From Bugula neritina (Eukaryota > Animalia > Bryozoa), in contig OZ037765.1 in NCBI GenBank assembly GCA_964035545.1, positions 2,542,001-2,606,000 on the forward strand: a DNA stretch of 64,000 bases, given 5' to 3'. Of this stretch, positions 57,250 through 64,000 are shown piece after piece. The notes beneath the pieces are model-generated. The model made no database searches and was not told the DNA's origin. It saw only the letters and a list, made by a program, of their open reading frames with translations. How positions within the stretch are numbered: position 1 is the first letter of the stretch; each line of letters opens with the position of its first letter. A program made the translations under genes and the position numbers.

Positions 57250-58115
57250 CACACTCTCCAAATTGAAATTCCTTATGATTACTAATATCAATATGATTAT
57301 GACTATTAGCATATGTAACTGTAATTGAGCAACTGCAAGTATTACTATTCATATTCATATTGACTTTAGAATTTACTTAGTTAGAACAGAGATAATCATA
57401 ATGATTGCTTCCCTTTATAATCAAAATGATTATGAATATGATTGATTGAAAAGCCCCAGTCTGGGCCCTTGGGGGTAACGATCTTTATCTTATGTATTAT
57501 CATTATGATTATGCCTTTCACCTATGACCTATCACTATCACTATCAGCAAGTGAGCATTACTGCGATTGTGTCCACCCGTATCACTCAGTTTAACACTAA
57601 AGATAAAAAGGACTGCCAGTTTGAACTGCAGCATCAATTAAATTAAATTATAATCAATATAATAATCATTATACTTTTTTATAATCACGTCGATGTTTAC
57701 GCAGTAACTCAAACTCAAACTGCAAGTGTTAACTACACCGAGTACGGCAGTCGTTATAGTTTGAGTTCTCTTGGCAGTTGTTTTTTACACTCAGTATCTT
57801 CATAAAATTCTACTCTATTTCCATTCACTTTTTAATAAATCAATGGTTGCAACTATTCTGAAATTAGGCAAAAACTAAGCATAAGTTTAATCAAATAAAA
57901 CAAAGAACCAAAACTAGACCAATAAAATTAAAATGAGATCAATTCCTCTTCCTGTTTCTGCAGCCGCAGCATTATTTCGTGATTTAGCTTGGCTCGCTAC
58001 ACATAGAATCTACGGAGATCATTGGTTGTTACCGAAGGGTTAAACAGCAAAAGGAATAAACTACACTGGTTGTTACAAAACTAGGCTAATCAAATTTCAT
58101 TTCCGGTATACAAAA
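57250..58115. promoter_or_regulatory. Probable bidirectional promoter region for RAB10 / DCTN2 (boundaries approximate)
   Basis: ATGs are 1.39 kb apart and divergent; minus-strand donor-like sites near 56905 and 57250; ETS-like tttccggt just before the DCTN2 ATG. Confidence 0.45.
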
Positions 58116-59812
58116 ATGGCTGACCCAAAGTACCAAAGTTTACCCTATGTTGCCGTAGATCAACCGGACGTATACGAATCTGCAGACCTTCCAGAATCTG
58201 ACCAAGCTCTAGAAAATACAACTGATGTAGACGAAGTTGTTGAAAGGTTTGCTGTTGATCCAAAAGATGCTTTTAATCGTTTTAACAAGGCTGCAATCGA
58301 CAGTTCTTCTTCCAATTTTAGTGAAGAAGCTATCCCAGGTAGAGCTGGGTATTCAGTTCGTTATGAAATAATTTCATCAGATGAAAAAACTGAAGAAAGT
58401 CTCACTCAAAAAATACAGCGTTTAAAACAGGAGCTTAAAGAAATTGAGGAGCTGTCAAAATTAGAACTTAGCAGAGAAGTAAATCCAACTACGATTATTT
58501 CAGAAGTTGAATCACTTAAAAAGCAGATCGATGCATTTTCTAACAGCAGCAGTGCCTATGTTGGGTCATTAGATTCAAATGATGTGGCTTATGGTCAGTT
58601 ATTGTCTCAACTTAAAATATCTTCAAGTGGTAAAGGTGATACTAAAGGTAAAACAGAAACGGCCAAAAGTTTGAAAGGAGAATCAGAATCTGACCCAAAC
58701 CAGGCCATGTTTGAATTACATTATTCGCCAGATGTTGCTATGGTAGCTAAAGAGGCTAATTTAGATGCTAGAATTACTAAACTAGAGCAAATACTAGGTC
58801 AAGGTGAAGCTGGATCTTCTGAGCCTGTGTTGGACATGTTGTCTAACATATCATCAAAAGTACACTTGCTGGAAGAGGATAATCTGGACAAGCTTTCTGC
58901 TAGGCTACAAATCTTGCTGCAGACTCTTGATAAGGTAACAACATCAATGTGTTCCATGTGCTGCATGAACTAGATTTCAATGCCGCCACTGATTTGTTGT
59001 AGTTTTGATACTTGTGCCTTTGAATGTGTTTGCTAGGAGTTGCTGAGTTATTTGTGAATTTAGCAATTCAAATAGACAGGCCACTAGTTTTACATAACTA
59101 TTTTATTGATTCTAATTATTTTCCAATTCCTTTCAAATAACTTTCCTTAAAGTCTATTAACCATTGAGGCTTAGCTAGTTATCACTGAAACTATGATTGT
59201 ATATTGGATAATGTAATAAGTAAAATTATTTTTTTGACCATATTTCAAAAACTATAAGTAAATCATTACTGCTGTTGAGTCAAGTCAGCTTTGTTAACTT
59301 CAGTCAAGCAATTTCAAGTGCTTGCGTAAGCAAGTGCTTGATTCAACATGATATTGGCATTGGCAGTTTCTTCAATGACGTTTACCAAAGATTTGTTAAT
59401 ATAAGACAAACAGGTGTTGAATTTCAAAACTTTAAACTATTGTGAATATTGATTGTTATCAAGTTTTACTTATATACTTTAGGTGAAGGAAAGCAGTTCA
59501 AGTACAGAGGCTCGTGAGTTGGAGAAAGTCAATGAATTATATGAACTAGTCAAAAAGTGGGACACGTGCGTAGACTCCCTTCCACTGATTGTAAACAGGT
59601 TGTACACTCTGCAGGAGCTCCACCAACAGGCCATGGAGTTCTCAGCTAGTCTTAAAGCACTGGAGTCAGCCCAGAATGAACTGGGACAGAACATTGGTGG
59701 GCATAGTCAATTGCTGACGGAGGTACAGAAAACATTTGCTGTTAATATTGATGCAATCAAATCAAACATTGATGTCTTAGGAAAGCGTATTGATGCACTG
59801 AGTAAACAATAA
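58116..59812 (+). CDS. DCTN2: Dynactin subunit 2 (p50 dynamitin), 382 aa. Coding exons 58116-58934 and 59483-59812
   Basis: MADPKYQSLPYVAVDQPDVYESADLPESDQ N-terminus, coiled coils, KVNELYELVKKWD..LPLIVNRL..LQELHQQAMEF. Phase-0 intron aag|gtaac ... tttag|gtg. Confidence 0.94.
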
Positions 59813-60402
59813 ATACTCCTCTACTGGTCAACGTAAAAACTTGACTATTTTATTGAGAACTGGCTTTTTATATATGCATAGTTGTGATTTGAGTCATACT
59901 ATATTCCACAAAATGCGAGGTTATTGTGAATATTTGGTATCTATTTGTGTGCCTGTTGAGTTAAAAGAATAGCTTAATTTCAGTTTTCTAAATTTATTAT
60001 TATATTTTAATATTTAAAAATAATAAGATGTCTTTTTGTTATTGTATCAATTTATCACAGTAAATAGAAGCATAGTTTGACAAAATATTTAACAATTTAA
60101 AATACTTAATTTGCAACTAAATAAATGGCTGCTAGAAGCTGAATGCATCTAATATATCAATCATGATATACCCTACAAGTTACAAAAACAAAATAACTTA
60201 AAAATTCAATGATAATGAGAAATAAAAATATAATGTATTTTCAAGCGTGAGTGTAGTTTGCACTAAGCATTTTTGAGGTGTAGTGACAGGCAAGTTTGAG
60301 TCACTAACTTATGGAAGGTAATGTATATCTACTGACTACTTAATAAGTGTATACTTCACACTGTGACTTCATTGTGTAATATACAGACTCTGGATCAACA
60401 CG

Positions 60403-63400
60403 TCACTTTAAATACTTAGCAGCCCAGTCTGTGCGGCCTACAGTCACTCCGGTACCAGCGCTAGGCTGCTGGCCCCCAATAGGTGCCAACTTAGCAGGCT
60501 TCCATGGCTGGGCATCTATAACAAAGATTTAAACATGGAGATATTGGAATAGTTGATTATAGAATTTAATAAGATCCTCGCCTATCTCCGCTCTATCCTG
60601 TTCAGGTAGCGAGTAGAATTTAATGAGACGACAAATCTAAATGTAGTTCTGTATAGTACGCATTACATTACATAAAATATTTTATACTCGACTAACTTAG
60701 TTCATCTAATATTATGAAACATCAGAACAAACTTCGAAAACACTTGTTGTTGCGTAATATGGCTAAAGACAATATCAAAAGAGCATTTACTTGAAGTATA
60801 TGTGATCCATAAAATGTAGTGAAAAATAATAGGGAACACATACTATTTTGCTTCTTAGCTGAGCCCATAAACGAAGAAACGTATCCGGCATTAGCCAAGT
60901 TAGTGGTTATCTTAGCCGCTGGTTTTCCGAGATTAATTCCCGGAAGCGCTTGACCTTTGCCAAAGGAAGAGCTCCAGTCGCCACCATCTCGCGGCTGTGC
61001 TTGTTTAGAGTTGACACCTGGAGTAGCAACAGATACCTTGCAGACATAATTCGCAGACGTACTTGACAAATGGATAAAAAACACTTCAATTAACCTTGCT
61101 GATGTGTGAACAGTTTACCAAACTACAAACCTAGCAGACATGCCAACAGTCTACAGTCTACTGTCAACTACAACCTCGCAGATGTGTACAATAGACTTGA
61201 GATATTCCATATATGGGATATCTCAAAAGTATATTACATATATGATATGCAAACAACAATTAACAATAATCTGTTTAGTCAGATTTTACTAAATTATTTC
61301 CATCTTGTACCACAATGACAGGCCAAGCAAGTAAATATATAAGTTTATTAAGCTAAAGTATTTTAAATCACAGGACAGACTGTTAGCTGTTGTATCTATA
61401 AACTTAGCCTAGGCTCCTACCTGGCATATACCGAGCCTTAGTGAGATAGTGCTGCTTGGCCGATGAAGCAGATGACCGGCCAGAAGTTATGGAGTTGTGT
61501 CTGTTGGTTGTTCCAAACACATTCTTACTGTTGAATGGCTTTGTTGAGCTGTTCAGAGAGCTAAAAGAAATAAGAGTCAATAAAAATCAAAGTGATGAAA
61601 AGACATCAAAGTAATTGAACTTCTGCACTGGATAGTGGAGTGTCCTTGGTATTGTAAAGTAGATTCAAATGATATATTTTTATCAAATTGATGGTAAATA
61701 ACTAAATTAGCTTTCACGATATAGCAATATTTCTACTATAAAATAAGGGTTACAACATGAAAAGCTAATTTGGACCAAAATGGGAATCATGCTCTCTTGC
61801 TAAGTTTGACCTTTTATATCCACAGTTTCTCAACATACCTTTATTATCTCATTAACAATATTATAATATATGAAATATACTAAAATTCATGCAACTATTG
61901 GATTTTTTGGCCTTTTACTCCCTTTACAATGTAGTGGAAATATTAGAACTATTTGTAGACATATTTGGGCAGTTTGAATAACATAAAAAATAAGAATGGA
62001 TATGTCAACAGGCAAACTAACAATCTATTGTAAGCGTTAGCTTTTTACCTAATGGCTGAAAATTATGAGAGCAATTTATCATTAAAATATATTATTAAAA
62101 TATCTAAAGTTGTAATCATAATTAAACATTTAGTCATGTAAATAACAAGTAACTTTATAATCGTTAGCGAAACATACTTGAGAAAATCATCATCATCAAA
62201 GTCAAGTTTTTTGCTAGCGGGAACATATGGAGCCATCTTGTTGGATTTGGAGACACCTGTGCTCTTGTTGAGATCATCTAATCCAAACTCATCCCAGTCA
62301 TCCCAACTATCCTGTGCCCCCCACCTCTTGCGGTTTCCAGCAGCTGGTTGATTGGACGGTTTTGCTGGTTGCTAAGCAACACGAAAACACAGTATGTTGA
62401 AATAAAACAAAATAGATGATCATCAGCATTGCTGGTTTAGAATTGAACAACAACAAAACTTTTTGATTTCTCACAACCACTTGAAATGAGAAAAATATAA
62501 AGTGCAAAACAAATAAATCAGTTGGAAGCGAGCCAAGAGCTGGGATCACTGTAACATGCCAACATATAACTCAACAGTTTCAACAGAACTCGTGGGGACA
62601 GTCACTCTGTGAGGCAGCGAGTTACCTTCAGGTTACCAACTTTAACGGCAGCGTTAGTTGTTGCGGCAGCAGGTTTACTGGCTGCCATGACACCTTTTAC
62701 AGTGACTGACGAGGTATTAGCTACAGACGTAGACTGTTTATCCTTAGACTGCCCTGCAGCCTTAGCACCAGGGGCCTGATACTATAAACACGAGACTCAA
62801 TGCTAACTATTCTATGTTTGGCAAATAAAACATTAAACACTAGAACAGAGGCTACTAGTTAGTAAGTATTGAATCTACACTAAACAAAATATATAAAAAT
62901 CAATAGATTAGAAACAAAATTTAAAAATAAATAAATGCAAAGTGTCAATTAAAATAATTAAAATATTACTTTTTTGACTATAAAGAGAAAAGCCAACAGT
63001 TGAGTTATAAGTCTGTCTGTTATTTGCTGAGAAACTAGGCCTTGCCAATTGACAAGGAGTTATGCCCCCTACAAGTATAAATTAGTGAGCTGTAACTGCG
63101 GCCTACTTACCTTGTACGTTTCGTACTCAATGTGAGGTTTCTTCTCTGATAAAGAAGGGAACTCGGATTTGTTTAGATTTTTAGTTGAGTCAGCAAAGGG
63201 CTGTTTAGCCGGCTGCTGGGTGACAGCGGGCTGTGTTGACCTTGTGTTGTTGGCAAACGTACTGCTATTATTAGACTTAGCACCTAAATTCTGACCAACT
63301 GTGAAATATGGGCTTTTCAGTATCTGAAAAAAAACAATAAAACATTGGAATCAGAACATGTACTGTAAAACACAGTTTAAAAGCCTGCCTTACTAATATC

Positions 63401-63680
63401 TCACAGTAGATATGTTGGGAATATACAGTAGTCTGAAAATGCATGATGGGAATTCATCAAATTAGACATTTAATATATAAACTCAATAGTTGAGGGTCCA
63501 TCAGAATTTTACCTGAGCTGCTGTGGGGCGTCTCTTAGGGTCCCACATTAATGTGTCTTTCATGAGCTGTATGGCCTCAGGTGATGCACTGGGTACGAGT
63601 GTCCTGAGAGGAGTCTCCGTGCACTGGGGCCATCGGAAGTTCATAGCCGCTGCCAGCTGATGACCTTCTGGCCATGCTTG
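60403..63680 (-). CDS. MAK: MAK/ICK (CILK1) family serine/threonine kinase, 5'-partial. Exons 63680-63513, 63323-63111, 62781-62626, 62371-62178, 61560-61421, 61017-60844, 60515-60403
   Basis: End of kinase domain [37 protein letters not shown]; family tail motifs [33 protein letters not shown]. Splice phases consistent; the N-terminal kinase exons lie beyond the window end. Confidence 0.92.
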
Positions 63681-64000
63681 CTACAATAAGAGAATATAAC
63701 TCCCAATACACCAGAATACAAGATAGCATAACTCTAAATATACACCAAAAAAGAAGATAGCATAACTCCAAATATAATAAAATACAAGATAAATATAATG
63801 TAACTCTAAATATAATATGAATTAATTATAGTAAAATAATATAATTCTAAACTATATACAAGAACATGAAATAATACATAATAAATACTATTTTACACAT
63901 TCTTAAACATTAATTTTCATGGTTATAAATAAAGACATCATATAATAATCAAATAATAACAAATGATTGCATAAAGCTATAAGCCAGCAGCTGGGAAATA

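Noticed and set aside
60337-60405. Possible stop readthrough of MAK (TGA-C followed by ~20 open codons)
   Set aside because: The context is not the strong TGA-CTAG signal, and a short open stretch is expected by chance.
53908-63680. RAB10, DCTN2 and MAK as a functional trafficking/cilia cluster
   Set aside because: Thematic link only; opposite orientations and no evidence of co-regulation or conserved synteny from the sequence alone.

Overview
AT-rich, intron-containing genomic DNA from an invertebrate animal (species not identifiable from the sequence). I reconstructed six protein-coding genes by hand from GT-AG splice sites and reading-frame continuity: TFB1M (-, last exon(s) apparently outside the window), a C7orf25/UPF0415 (DUF1308) homolog (+), a ~39 kb PDE4/dunce cAMP phosphodiesterase (+), RAB10 (-), DCTN2/dynamitin (+) and the 3' half of a MAK/ICK (CILK1) kinase (-). 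TFB1M/C7orf25 and RAB10/DCTN2 are divergent pairs. The PDE4 locus has six candidate alternative first coding exons, all ending in phase 2; one would enter the middle of UCR1. Non-coding features include a pure (CA)~206 tract, a 132-bp spacer-less perfect palindrome, a MITE-like element holding a 15/45-bp satellite, tRNA-derived SINE remnants and several minisatellites. The most unusual pattern is tandem arrays built from working splice sites: five copies of a PDE4 donor and seven copies of a RAB10 acceptor, where only the exon-proximal copy gives an open frame. No prokaryotic features, CRISPR arrays or intact RNA genes were found.
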